IMG/VR virus record: IMGVR_UViG_3300027734_003408
Span: 1-55,848 of that record
DNA: 55,848 bases
Reading direction: 5' to 3' (one strand)
Source of the DNA: a virus
Taxonomy: Duplodnaviria; Caudoviricetes
The position numbers and the translations under genes are program-made. How positions within the stretch are numbered: position 1 is the stretch's first letter; each line of letters starts with the position of its first letter. Below, one piece after another: positions 39,830-48,957 of this stretch. The notes below the pieces were generated by a model that was not told where the DNA came from, ran no database searches, and saw only the letters and a program-made list of their open reading frames with translations.

Positions 39830-40048
39830 TTATCTGCGTCGAGTAATACGACCACGTGTCAAATCGTAGGGCGAAAACTCCATTGCAACTCTGTCGCCCA
39901 GCAACACCTTGATGTTGTGTGTGCGCATCTTGCCCGACAAGTAGCCAATTACTTCTGTGTTGACATCATCCAGTAATACTCTAAACATGGTGTTGGGTAA
40001 AATTTCTTGAACCCGACCTTCCATGCTGATTGTTTCTTCTTTGGCCAT
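39830..40048 (-). CDS. infA: translation initiation factor IF-1
   Basis: [24 protein letters not shown]...[24 protein letters not shown]. Confidence 0.97.
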   Translation of the reverse strand: MAKEETISMEGRVQEILPNTMFRVLLDDVNTEVIGYLSGKMRTHNIKVLLGDRVAMEFSPYDLTRGRITRRR

Positions 40049-41040
40049 TATTGAATCCAGTTGCCGACAGTTTGCATGTGAGTAAAATCAGTAGAGTTGT
40101 CAAAGAACAGTGCTTTTTTATTTTTTGTTTGATAGCATGTATTTTGTTCGGCGGCCCAGGGCAATAACAATGCCAAGTTGATTGGCTCGCAGACATCATA
40201 TAACCAGAGATGCAATGAAGATTTTTCCCAGTCCACCGGCACATGATTTTTTCTAAATGCATTTAACGTTTGCCCGAGACTCCACTGCCATTGCGTTGGA
40301 TCTTCGAGTGTGACATTGTAATTAAAAATTTTATTTGGCTGAATCAACTGTGCCACTTCAGGTGTGCATCTAATGTTTAACTCTATTTTGTTATTTTTCA
40401 TGTGCTTTGACCAAAAGTTTATCACTCTTGACCCTAGCAGTGTGTGAGGCAGTGCCTGATCTTTTTGATCGTAAATTGTATATTTTAGCACACTGCGATC
40501 AAATGTAAGGTAATTTGAATCTTCATTTATACTGTCAGTCATGCCAATTTCGTAGTCTACACCTTTGAGATTGTACACTGTTTCAAAGTGCTGTGTGCTG
40601 TTTAGACATTTGACATTTTCCAGGTGCTGCCATGACTGTGTTTTGGGCACAAATATCACAGTTTTAAATTCATGTTTGTCACGGCCATTGATTATGGCAG
40701 CGATCATTCTGGTGATTCCAGCGGTGATTTTTGGGTCTGTTGCATCTACAGGTAACACTGCAAACATGGGCATAACAAATTCATCATTCAATAAAATTGA
40801 ACTCAAATGATATATAAACCCAAGTTGTTTTTGATTTTTAGTTACAATATATTTTAAAATTAGATTTATTACTTGTTGTTGACATTTTTTGTAAAATTCT
40901 TCATTTACAGAATCAGCGTACACCAACTGCCCAAGTTGATTACAATATTCTACCCAGCCATGATCAGGACTAGTAGCGGTAGTAATCAATGAATTGCCTT
41001 CAATTGAATCTACTATATATTTAATGTTGCGTTGTGTCAT
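40048..41040 (-). CDS. hypothetical AT-rich protein
   Basis: 330-aa ORF, TAATG-coupled to infA; TAAGTA box upstream. Confidence 0.7.
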   Translation of the reverse strand: MTQRNIKYIVDSIEGNSLITTATSPDHGWVEYCNQLGQLVYADSVNEEFYKKCQQQVINLILKYIVTKNQKQLGFIYHLSSILLNDEFVMPMFAVLPVDATDPKITAGITRMIAAIINGRDKHEFKTVIFVPKTQSWQHLENVKCLNSTQHFETVYNLKGVDYEIGMTDSINEDSNYLTFDRSVLKYTIYDQKDQALPHTLLGSRVINFWSKHMKNNKIELNIRCTPEVAQLIQPNKIFNYNVTLEDPTQWQWSLGQTLNAFRKNHVPVDWEKSSLHLWLYDVCEPINLALLLPWAAEQNTCYQTKNKKALFFDNSTDFTHMQTVGNWIQ

Positions 41041-41065
41041 ACGTTTAAGACTAATGTAGAATTAC

Positions 41066-41485
41066 TTATTCAAAACTTGTAGTGGCTGTGACCTTTCGCA
41101 GCCGATCATAACGGAAACTTCGCCAAGCACCTGCGTCTAAATCAAACACTTTTTGGGTGTGGTTTTCTTCGGGCTTGGTGACTTCTTTGTTTTCACCCAA
41201 AAAACCATTTTGCCTTAGGCCATCCACAGGTGCTTCTTTGGCAGGCTTTTCAGCACGTGGTGGCTGGGGCGGGATCCGGTCACGATCCAAGGTGCATCGC
41301 ATGTCACGTAAGGTGCCATCTGCTTTGACAAAGGTCACTGTGATTTCGCTCACTTCCAGCAGGCCGCGTACCCAATCTCTAAAAATGTGCCGGCCTGTTT
41401 CGTCTGACTCTTGATAGGCAGTGCCGGGCTGTGCTTTCAACAATCTAAACACTTCTTGCTGTTCCCAGCTCAATGGGTGTTCCAT
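41066..41485 (-). CDS. WYL_2/SH3-like (Sm-like) domain protein
   Basis: ITVTFVKADGTLRDMRCTL...VFDLDAGAWRSFRYD; GAGGAG RBS before MEHPL. Confidence 0.75.
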   Translation of the reverse strand: MEHPLSWEQQEVFRLLKAQPGTAYQESDETGRHIFRDWVRGLLEVSEITVTFVKADGTLRDMRCTLDRDRIPPQPPRAEKPAKEAPVDGLRQNGFLGENKEVTKPEENHTQKVFDLDAGAWRSFRYDRLRKVTATTSFE

Positions 41486-41520
41486 AAGTTCTCCTCTTGC
41501 AGTTAATAAACGTTTCTTCT

Positions 41521-42978
41521 TCACAGCCATCTTCCATCGCTGACTGCGGTGTGATCACTGTCACGCCAGACAAATTGTCCCACTCCAAAGTTCTGATTTG
41601 AGTTGTTGATCACATGACCCCGGCGTTGTAAATTTTCCCAATCAATGCCGGGCTCTACAGCAATTTCCAGCCCTTGATCGAATCGCCATCTTGGTGCGGC
41701 ACATGCGGCCTGAACACTTTGTTTGTATTTTAGCACACGAACCAGGCATTGTACATGAGCTTGCGGTTGCATGTTGCCGCCCACCACACCAAAACTCATA
41801 ATAGGTTGCCCGTTTTTAAAAACAAACGCAGGGATGATTGTGTGAAACGGACGTTGACTGGGCACAACATCGTTGACTCGGAATGCATGTCCTCGGTTCT
41901 GCAAACTGATGCCGTATGTGGGTTCTACACACCCGGATCCAAAACCGTAAGAGTTGCTTTGAATAAAACTGATCATTTGCCCGCTACTGTCTGCGGCAGT
42001 GACCATCACTGTGTCTGCAAGAACAGGATTACCTGCACCAAAATTTTGTGCATGATCAGGGTCAATCAAGGCCGCACGTTGTTGCAAATAAACAGGATCC
42101 AACAGTTGTTGCGCAGTGATTGAGGAAGGTTGAGCAATGTATTGATGCAGATCTGCAAAGGCCAGTTTGATAGCTTCTATCTGTAAGTGTGTACTGACAA
42201 CATTGTCTTCGAGATCAAAGTTTTCCAACATGCCCAAGGTCATCAATGCCGCAATGCCTTGTCCACGTGGCGGCAGTTCATACACAGTGTGGCCTTGATA
42301 ATTTTGTGAGATAGGCTGGACCCATTCAGGCCGGTAGTGCTTCAAGTCCTCTACACTCATTGCGCCGCCGTGCTGTTGAGAGAATTTGACCAATGCATCA
42401 GCAATCTCTCCTGTGTAGAATGCTTGCCCGTGTGTGCGAGCAATGACTTCAAGGCCACGTGCTATAGCAGGAAGTCGAAACGTTTCACCAGGTTGTGGCA
42501 CTCGACCACGACGAGAAAATGTTTCAACAAATCCTGGTTGCTTGTAGTATTCTCGGATATCCCAACTGCGCCGAATCTCATGTCCATTTTGTGCAAGATC
42601 AATAGCAGGTTGCATCAAGTCAGCAAAGGGCAATTGACCAAATCTAGCACTTAACACAGACCAAGCAGCCACAGCACCTGGCACTGTGACACTGTCTATG
42701 CCGCGTTGTGGCACACGTTCGATTGGGCCATGCTTGTTGACAAAATACTCAGGTGTCCAGGCAGCAGGGGCAGGTCCACTGGCATCTAGACCGTGCAGTT
42801 GACTACCATCCCATACTTGTGCAAATGCATCCGACCCTAGTCCACATCCCCAGGGCTCTACCACAGTGAGCACAGCAGCCGCGGCAATGGCAGCATCCAC
42901 AGCAGATCCACCTTGAGCAAATATCTGTTCACCGGCTCGAACAGCCAAGGGATGTGATGTGGCAATCACGTTGTTCAT
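41521..42978 (-). CDS. ggt: gamma-glutamyltransferase family Ntn hydrolase
   Basis: GGSAVDAAIA, GLGSDAF, TVPGAV, nucleophile DT, GFGSG, LQNRG, RPFHTIIP, GGNMQPQ. Confidence 0.9.
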   Translation of the reverse strand: MNNVIATSHPLAVRAGEQIFAQGGSAVDAAIAAAAVLTVVEPWGCGLGSDAFAQVWDGSQLHGLDASGPAPAAWTPEYFVNKHGPIERVPQRGIDSVTVPGAVAAWSVLSARFGQLPFADLMQPAIDLAQNGHEIRRSWDIREYYKQPGFVETFSRRGRVPQPGETFRLPAIARGLEVIARTHGQAFYTGEIADALVKFSQQHGGAMSVEDLKHYRPEWVQPISQNYQGHTVYELPPRGQGIAALMTLGMLENFDLEDNVVSTHLQIEAIKLAFADLHQYIAQPSSITAQQLLDPVYLQQRAALIDPDHAQNFGAGNPVLADTVMVTAADSSGQMISFIQSNSYGFGSGCVEPTYGISLQNRGHAFRVNDVVPSQRPFHTIIPAFVFKNGQPIMSFGVVGGNMQPQAHVQCLVRVLKYKQSVQAACAAPRWRFDQGLEIAVEPGIDWENLQRRGHVINNSNQNFGVGQFVWRDSDHTAVSDGRWL

Positions 42979-43235
42979 GCTGTGCCAAACCTCAGTGCAA
43001 ACATCAAGGCAGGTTGTTCCTGCTCAAACGTCACACGATCATATTCATTGTGATTGTCGTACAGATTCCATTTAACATAAAATCTGCAGAATGTTTCGCC
43101 TTGATCATCATAGGCCTCACACCAGTTGTACATTTCTGTGGTGAAATCGCGCACTCGAACCTGATACGGGAAGTCAGGATTTTGTGTGCCGCCTTCGCTG
43201 TGGTACTTTTTCACGACCACCTCAACAAGAACCAA
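42975..43235 (-). CDS. hypothetical protein
   Basis: C-terminal F..EQPALMFALRF motif, similar to the adjacent gene; start uncertain. Confidence 0.6.
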   Translation of the reverse strand: MVLVEVVVKKYHSEGGTQNPDFPYQVRVRDFTTEMYNWCEAYDDQGETFCRFYVKWNLYDNHNEYDRVTFEQEQPALMFALRFGTA

Positions 43236-43483
43236 GTTCTATCTGCTTCATCACGGAACCAAAACTTGCTGTTGTTTTGATACCAACGTTCTCCAGTACC
43301 TGGTGCTAGATGGTTGGCCCAAATACTGCCAGTGCTGGGGCCAATGGCCCAAATACTGCCAGTGCTGGGGCCAAATGTCACCTGGCACCACTCAGCCATA
43401 TCACGCCATGGCATCAATCCCATGGGTGGGGCCACGGTATAATACTGTGCGCCATACACTGTGCCATGTCCCAGTAGCATCAT
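43211..43483 (-). CDS. hypothetical protein
   Basis: EWCQVTFG...FWFRDEADRTWFLLRWS; ATGA overlap at 43480-43483. Confidence 0.65.
   Translation of the reverse strand: MMLLGHGTVYGAQYYTVAPPMGLMPWRDMAEWCQVTFGPSTGSIWAIGPSTGSIWANHLAPGTGERWYQNNSKFWFRDEADRTWFLLRWS
43315..43374. repeat. exact 30-bp in-frame tandem duplication
   Basis: TGGCCCAAATACTGCCAGTGCTGGGGCCAA x2. Confidence 0.95.
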
Positions 43484-43743
43484 GATTGCTTCAATGCCCG
43501 TGCTCGTAGTTTGACCCAGGCAAACTGTTTCATTTTTTCTGAATCCCGGCGCAAGTATGTGGCCCAGTAGTTCCAGTACTCGCCCTTGATCAACTGCACA
43601 CCGCCACGTGGACCTTGATACCATACTTGATCGCTTTCACGCATGAGTCGGGGGATGTGGTTGATATTGTTTGAGCGCAATTTATTGTCCACTGCCAATT
43701 TCCATGCAAAGTCACCTTTGACACCGTAGTATGTACTAGCCAC
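43480..43743 (-). CDS. hypothetical protein
   Basis: Probable GTG start overlapping the upstream stop; VWYQGPRGGV motif. Confidence 0.55.
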   Translation of the reverse strand: MASTYYGVKGDFAWKLAVDNKLRSNNINHIPRLMRESDQVWYQGPRGGVQLIKGEYWNYWATYLRRDSEKMKQFAWVKLRARALKQS

Positions 43744-44128
43744 GACGCATCCTTGAAATTTCCACAGCCTCCTCGTCTGAGAACACCGGCACAGCATTTG
43801 ACTTGTGCATGGTAGCAATGCCCTTGACCTTGGTGCCTGTATACACTTTGGGCGCGGCCAGGGTAGCGTTGCCACCTGTGTCACGTGACGGAATGTGTGT
43901 GCTGGTTGTACGACCCGGGGGTGTGGTCAACCGGTAATCCAGTGCAGGTGCCTTCATGGCTCTAGCACGTTTCTTTTCTTCTGCTTCAACGCCTTGACGT
44001 TTCAGCAAGTCTTTCCACGACTGTTCAAGTTCGCGGGCTCGCCGAGCCTCTTCGGCGTTGCGAAACTTCACTTTGCCTCGACGTTTGCCGCCCATGCTGA
44101 GCCAAGGACCTTCAAGATGCATGGTCAT
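43736..44128 (-). CDS. basic early protein of T4-like phages
   Basis: C-terminal YTGTKVKGIATMHKSNAVPVF...MRR; GGAG RBS and early promoter. Confidence 0.75.
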   Translation of the reverse strand: MTMHLEGPWLSMGGKRRGKVKFRNAEEARRARELEQSWKDLLKRQGVEAEEKKRARAMKAPALDYRLTTPPGRTTSTHIPSRDTGGNATLAAPKVYTGTKVKGIATMHKSNAVPVFSDEEAVEISRMRRG

Positions 44129-44159
44129 TGCAGTGCTCCGTAGTTGTCAATCATGCTGT

Positions 44160-44205
44160 ATTATAGCATGATCGCAATTTCCGGTCAATACTACTGAAGT
44201 ATTAC
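44160..44205 (-). promoter_or_regulatory. early promoter cassette
   Basis: TTGACC-17-TATAAT with extended -10 TG; upstream GTAATACT..AGTAGTA box. Confidence 0.75.
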
Positions 44206-44513
44206 CTAAACAGGATCAAGGCCATGAGCCCGGCTTGCACTATAAAACCCACCCCAATTGTGATGATGTTTAGGGTGTCTTTTAACACAATGGCTCGCAG
44301 GAACAGCATGACGAGGCCTGCCCAGAGAAATGCCACCACATCCAAACTGGGCACTCGATCACTGAGTCCAGTCATCAGTGCCAACAAGGAGGGCACTGTG
44401 GCACAGTGCAACACAATGGCTGCCAACCAGCCCAGGGTGTCTGCTGAGATTTTGTGTAAATGATTGTTCAAAAAATCACGGATCACTTGCAGGTTAAAGG
44501 GCCAGGCGTTCAT
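44202..44513 (-). CDS. three-helix membrane protein
   Basis: Three hydrophobic segments; ATGA-coupled to the hydrolase gene. Confidence 0.7.
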   Translation of the reverse strand: MNAWPFNLQVIRDFLNNHLHKISADTLGWLAAIVLHCATVPSLLALMTGLSDRVPSLDVVAFLWAGLVMLFLRAIVLKDTLNIITIGVGFIVQAGLMALILFR

Positions 44514-45085
44514 AGTCGTTCTCCATAAAAGATGTGGTTGCCAATTTGTTCAATTTTAGGCTTGTGCCAGTTGGGGTTTACATAAGTTGCATGATAGTAC
44601 AGTGCATTTTTCATGCTGGGCAATCGGAAGTTTTCCAATAGTACTTTTTTAGCCACTAATTCGCTTTCTTGCCACATGGGCTGATACACTGCTTTGATCT
44701 TGTGATTGCCTTCGCAAAACCACGAAAATTGGCAAACTACCTTTTGGTAGAACACATTCTTCTGGTAAACCACCCCGCACACTGTGGGTGCAAATCTGCC
44801 AGATTCTACTCTATTTAATGTGACCTGCGCCACTGCTACCTTGCCCTCAAATGGCTCTGAGGCTGCTTCCCAATAGATGTTACGAGTCAAACAATCCAGT
44901 TGTTTCAATCGGTCTTCTGCTGACACATAGCCTGCCATGCTGGCCGCTCGGTCGCTTTTGAGCATGTTCAGTCTGGCGTTGCAAACATTCCACACTGTGA
45001 TGGCCACTACGAACAGGGCTATACTTTTGATAATTCTTGCTGACCAAACAGCTAACACATTTGGTCGATTTGCACTAAGTTTCAT
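44510..45085 (-). CDS. SleB-like cell wall hydrolase (Hydrolase_2)
   Basis: CLTRNIYWEA.SEP..GKVAVAQVTLNRV..TVCGVVYQ..CQFSW..YYHATYVNPNW..IGNHIFY; N-terminal TM; AAGGA RBS before MKLSAN. Confidence 0.9.
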   Translation of the reverse strand: MKLSANRPNVLAVWSARIIKSIALFVVAITVWNVCNARLNMLKSDRAASMAGYVSAEDRLKQLDCLTRNIYWEAASEPFEGKVAVAQVTLNRVESGRFAPTVCGVVYQKNVFYQKVVCQFSWFCEGNHKIKAVYQPMWQESELVAKKVLLENFRLPSMKNALYYHATYVNPNWHKPKIEQIGNHIFYGERL

Positions 45086-45094
45086 TTGATTTCC

Positions 45095-45408
45095 TTTTAA
45101 ACGCCAATACGTGGTCGTACGCGGAGACCCGAGTAAATCACATTGACAAAAGATTGAGTGAGATGAACATAGATAGACCTCGGGCCTCCTTGGCATACTC
45201 GTTTGGGACAAGCTCGCGTCCTGAGAAATGAGCCTGTCCAATTCTAGTTGTCAACGAAGAGACTTTCCGAGAGTCTCTTTCGAACACCAGCGCCTGCTTG
45301 GACAAACTGCGGTTGGTGCTACGGGTACTTGTTTTTTCAATTGGACAAGATACCAATCAGCAGTAGAAGATCCTATTTGATTGCAATGTGTTGTTCTACC
45401 ACCACTTT
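45095..45408 (-). ncRNA. putative large structured RNA (5' leader of the cell-wall hydrolase gene)
   Basis: At least eight complementary helices in ~310 nt; G-U pairs mostly favour the minus strand; begins after TAAGTA at 45409-45414 and ends at the SD. Confidence 0.65.
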
Positions 45409-45480
45409 TACTTATTTGATTCGGCTGTAGACGTGTCAAAAAACTGTCAAAATGATGTGTTTTTGTCATTAACATTGTAG

Positions 45481-46254
45481 TTAATGAGGGATTTCACAAA
45501 CAGGGATAGGTGTCATCTTGTGCAGGTTTCTTGCACGTATCTCGCGATAACGTTTCAGCAATCGCTTTTCTGGTGCAGTGGCATACTCGCGAATGCCTGA
45601 ATAAGTGTCTTGCAACATGGCCTTTTCCAGTTCAGGATAAGTCATGCCCAGCTGATCTTCATCGTTGCGACCATCAGCCCAGAGTCCGTCTGTGGGCGGC
45701 GCATCAATAATTTCCTTCAGCAAACCCAGTTCCCGGCCCATGTCCCATACTTCGGTTTTCATGCAGTCACCAATGGGCGAAATATCCACACCACCATCGC
45801 CGTACTTGGTAAAGAATCCCACGCCAAAGTCCTCCACTCGATTGCCTGTGCCCACCACAATGCCACCATGACTTTGTGCAATTTGATACAGCGTCATCAT
45901 TCTCAATCTAGCACGACTATTGGCAAATGCTAATTCTGAGTCACCAAATGGTCCAACCTTTTTCTCAAATGCTGAGAACACCGGGGTCAAATCCATGCTC
46001 ATGTGTGTGACATTGTTGGGGTGCTGTTCCAGCAACCAGCCAGCCTGTGCTGAACTTAGATTGTCCAGTTTGCGGTTCTGGCGAATGGGCATTTGCACCA
46101 CAATGGTTTTCAAGCCAGTTTGGGCGCACAAGGCACTCACAACTGAACTGTCAATCCCGCCCGAAATGCCCACTACTAGAGTGTCTACGCCAGCCTTGCG
46201 GGCATAGTCTCGGATCCATTTGTTAATGTGTTTGATACGTTGTTTGGGTGTCAT
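45481..46254 (-). CDS. nadE: NH3-dependent NAD+ synthetase
   Basis: GISGGIDSSV, NSRARLRM, GTGN, FFTKYGDGG, PTDGLW, DEDQLG, HK. Confidence 0.95.
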   Translation of the reverse strand: MTPKQRIKHINKWIRDYARKAGVDTLVVGISGGIDSSVVSALCAQTGLKTIVVQMPIRQNRKLDNLSSAQAGWLLEQHPNNVTHMSMDLTPVFSAFEKKVGPFGDSELAFANSRARLRMMTLYQIAQSHGGIVVGTGNRVEDFGVGFFTKYGDGGVDISPIGDCMKTEVWDMGRELGLLKEIIDAPPTDGLWADGRNDEDQLGMTYPELEKAMLQDTYSGIREYATAPEKRLLKRYREIRARNLHKMTPIPVCEIPH

Positions 46255-46724
46255 GGTTGTTTAGGTTGTATTTTTTTCAAGGCTTCCCACATCTGGGCTT
46301 TTTCTCGGCACTTCTTTTCCAAGGCTCGGTAGCGTTGGCCCAGTCTGCGCAGATCATCCCAGTCTTTTTCCAGTTCAGGATTTGGGGTGAGTATGTTGAG
46401 TCGTTCTTCTACCTTTTCCATCCAGGCTTTCATGCTTTTACCGTTCATCTTGATGTCAGCATTCTCACCTTGGATTTCTATGCTGCCACTTTGTTCGACT
46501 TTTAAAGTACCGGTACCAGTACCAGTAGCAATCCAAGGACTACCACTGGTGCCAGTTGTTGTGTAAGTGTATCCAGTTCCACCGTTACCGATAGCAGCAC
46601 CATATCCTGGTACCACGGTTCCGGTTGTGTCCCAGATTGGGCTGCTGCCACTGGTTATGCTAGTGGTCAACTGATCGAGTTCATTTAATGTTAGCATGGG
46701 AATTGGTGTTGCTGATATTGACAT
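46251..46724 (-). CDS. hypothetical protein
   Basis: Thr/Gly-rich N-terminal half and helical C-terminal half; start uncertain. Confidence 0.6.
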   Translation of the reverse strand: MSISATPIPMLTLNELDQLTTSITSGSSPIWDTTGTVVPGYGAAIGNGGTGYTYTTTGTSGSPWIATGTGTGTLKVEQSGSIEIQGENADIKMNGKSMKAWMEKVEERLNILTPNPELEKDWDDLRRLGQRYRALEKKCREKAQMWEALKKIQPKQP

Positions 46725-46884
46725 GGGAATTTGCGATTTTTGGCACTGCGGATTTTTGTTGCGCCTGCCAGTAATGTCTGGCTCGACGCAGTTTGTCATC
46801 CAACAGTCGCTGCCGCAGGTCGGCAGTGAGATGTACTGGCCACGAGTGTGGTTCATGCATTTCAGGCTGGGTGTTACTTAGCAT
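46681..46884 (-). CDS. small hypothetical protein
   Basis: 67-aa ORF filling the gap; no motif. Confidence 0.35.
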   Translation of the reverse strand: MLSNTQPEMHEPHSWPVHLTADLRQRLLDDKLRRARHYWQAQQKSAVPKIANSHVNISNTNSHANIK

Positions 46885-46929
46885 TTGTTTTCTTGCAATG
46901 TGTGTTTCATAAAGATCAGAGTTAATTTT

Positions 46930-48738
46930 TTATGCTTTAGTTATAATATTATAGAGTTTTTTGTTACGGCGTTGCAATGTAAAATGGAAAGATTGATCCA
47001 ATGGACAATCAATATTAGGATCGGTGATATGATAATTGCATGCTTCTAATTGCCAGTTGTTGATATTAATTTTGCTTTGCGCAGTAAATGGACACAACCA
47101 AACATTATTAGTAAGATATCTTTTTTGTATTTCAATTACCCCTGGGTCTATATCGCCAAAATATTCTGCCGCTTCTAAAGATATTGTTATTGCATGCTCA
47201 ATATTTTGATAAAAACATTCGGCGCTATGGAATTGAATATCACCAGCAGTGATATCATTTCGTCCAGTGCTACCTGTAGTGTAGAAATTAGTTATTGTTT
47301 GTTGCATGATTCGTGCCTCTTGCCCTATCGCAGAATCATGTTTGAATAACAATTTAAAAAGATGGTCATAAAATTCACGGTAACTCACATTCATGACATA
47401 ACGACAATATTTGGCAAGTAATTGTGAATAACCATTTATATGAAAATGTATCACCATCCAAGAATACATCCAAGATTCTATAATATCTTGAGTGGTCATA
47501 GTATTAGTACTGCATACCGTGGGAAAAAGTTCTGGAATATCGCTGTGATCATCGCCGGTACATGACACAAAATTTTGAACGTTTACTAATTTTATGTCAT
47601 ATCTACCCATTTGATCACGATGCATCTCGGTATTTTCTAATACGTTGTTTGGCCAAATTTCTATGCGATGATGTTGTCCGAGTTCTAAAATTTCGCATAC
47701 TCCGTCTTTCCAAGATTCTATGGTCTCTTCAGGCAACCCCAGTATTAGTTCTGTGTAGTGATGCACATTGTATTTTTTACTTAAATCCAATAACTTTTGA
47801 ATGTCATTAACATCCATGTTTTTTCGTTTGATTGTTTCTAACGTCTTGGGATTCATACTTTGAACGCTAAAAGTTACGCCTTTGTGCTTAGGGCCAAAAG
47901 TTTTGGCTATTTCAAACACATGTTCGGTGCTGTTTTTAGCGTAAGTTACACTGATATATTCAAGGTCGCTATTTAAATTGTCTGCGCAATCTCTAACCAT
48001 TGCTGCAATAGCAAGGTCTCGATCTTTGTATATGCCAAAGTTTGAATCAGAAATAAAAATAGTTTTGACTCTATGAGAAGCAATCCAATCTAAATCAGAT
48101 TGCACTCGTTCCAATGAAAACTTTTTTATTTTACTAGCTATTAGACCGCCCCAATCACAGAATGTGCATGAATAAGGACAACCTCTATTGCTTTCAAGAG
48201 TTGCACTCCAAAAAATTTCAGGATTATTTCTCACCAGGTCGTCGAACACCCCAGTTGAATACGGGCTAGGTACATGGACGAGATCATCCATGCGTGGCAT
48301 TTTATAAAGTTTTTCAAGTTTTCTGTTGTTGTTAATGTCATCTAATATTTTAACAAAACATCTTTCACCTTCATTGAGTACCACTGAATCTATAAAATTA
48401 TGTTGCGACCAAGATGAATTGACTTGGGGGCCACCTACCACAATGTGGCAAGTTGGCCATTTCTGTTTGATGGATTCAGCCAAGGCCAAGCAATATGCAC
48501 TGTTCCAAATGTAAACACTAAAAGCACACAATTTGGGCTCTACCAGTTGTGCGCAAACTTTGTCTATAGGATCTCGTCGAAAAAAAATGCCGTCAAGATT
48601 CCAGTCATGCGTTACTTCTTGAAATTGCTGAGAGTAGGCCCACAAGCACCCTACACTGTAAGGCAACCAATGTTGTTCATTTCCAAGAATAAAATTAGCA
48701 TATTGTGGCTGAAAAAGATAGACATTTTTTTGCGACAT
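46930..48738 (-). CDS. B12-binding-domain radical SAM enzyme
   Basis: LPYSVGCL, FSVYIWN, VGGP, NEGE, ESNRGCPYSCTFCDWG, DSNFG, ELILGLPEET; AT-rich. Confidence 0.9.
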   Translation of the reverse strand: MSQKNVYLFQPQYANFILGNEQHWLPYSVGCLWAYSQQFQEVTHDWNLDGIFFRRDPIDKVCAQLVEPKLCAFSVYIWNSAYCLALAESIKQKWPTCHIVVGGPQVNSSWSQHNFIDSVVLNEGERCFVKILDDINNNRKLEKLYKMPRMDDLVHVPSPYSTGVFDDLVRNNPEIFWSATLESNRGCPYSCTFCDWGGLIASKIKKFSLERVQSDLDWIASHRVKTIFISDSNFGIYKDRDLAIAAMVRDCADNLNSDLEYISVTYAKNSTEHVFEIAKTFGPKHKGVTFSVQSMNPKTLETIKRKNMDVNDIQKLLDLSKKYNVHHYTELILGLPEETIESWKDGVCEILELGQHHRIEIWPNNVLENTEMHRDQMGRYDIKLVNVQNFVSCTGDDHSDIPELFPTVCSTNTMTTQDIIESWMYSWMVIHFHINGYSQLLAKYCRYVMNVSYREFYDHLFKLLFKHDSAIGQEARIMQQTITNFYTTGSTGRNDITAGDIQFHSAECFYQNIEHAITISLEAAEYFGDIDPGVIEIQKRYLTNNVWLCPFTAQSKININNWQLEACNYHITDPNIDCPLDQSFHFTLQRRNKKLYNIITKA

Positions 48739-48746
48739 AAATTATT

Positions 48747-48932
48747 TTATTTGGAACTTATGGCTTCCTTCTCTGCTGTGATTTCTTTACGGCGCTCTTT
48801 GATGCCCTTGCTCATTTCTTGCAATGCTTTTCTAGCACGAGCCGCTGAGGCTTTGACACCCTTGGCTGTGAATTTTTCATTTTCCGCAATGTATGTTTCG
48901 TAAGCGGTGACGATTTGTTCGTGTTGTGTCAT
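48747..48932 (-). CDS. histone H1-like (Hc1-type) small basic protein
   Basis: 61 aa; KGVKASAARARKALQEM...RRKEI resembles the Hc1 GNKAAxxRxR motif; AGGAG RBS. Confidence 0.7.
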   Translation of the reverse strand: MTQHEQIVTAYETYIAENEKFTAKGVKASAARARKALQEMSKGIKERRKEITAEKEAISSK

Positions 48933-48957
48933 AATGACTCCTTTGTTGTGAATAGTA

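Noticed and set aside
43315-43374. 30-bp direct repeat as a mini CRISPR array
   Set aside because: The two copies abut with no spacer and lie in frame within a gene.
45086-45480. Short ORFs 45138-45356, 45248-45430, 45251-45475 and the 5' extension of the hydrolase to 45241
   Set aside because: No RBS or motifs and mutually overlapping; the hydrolase has a good SD at its 45085 start; base-pairing explains the region better.
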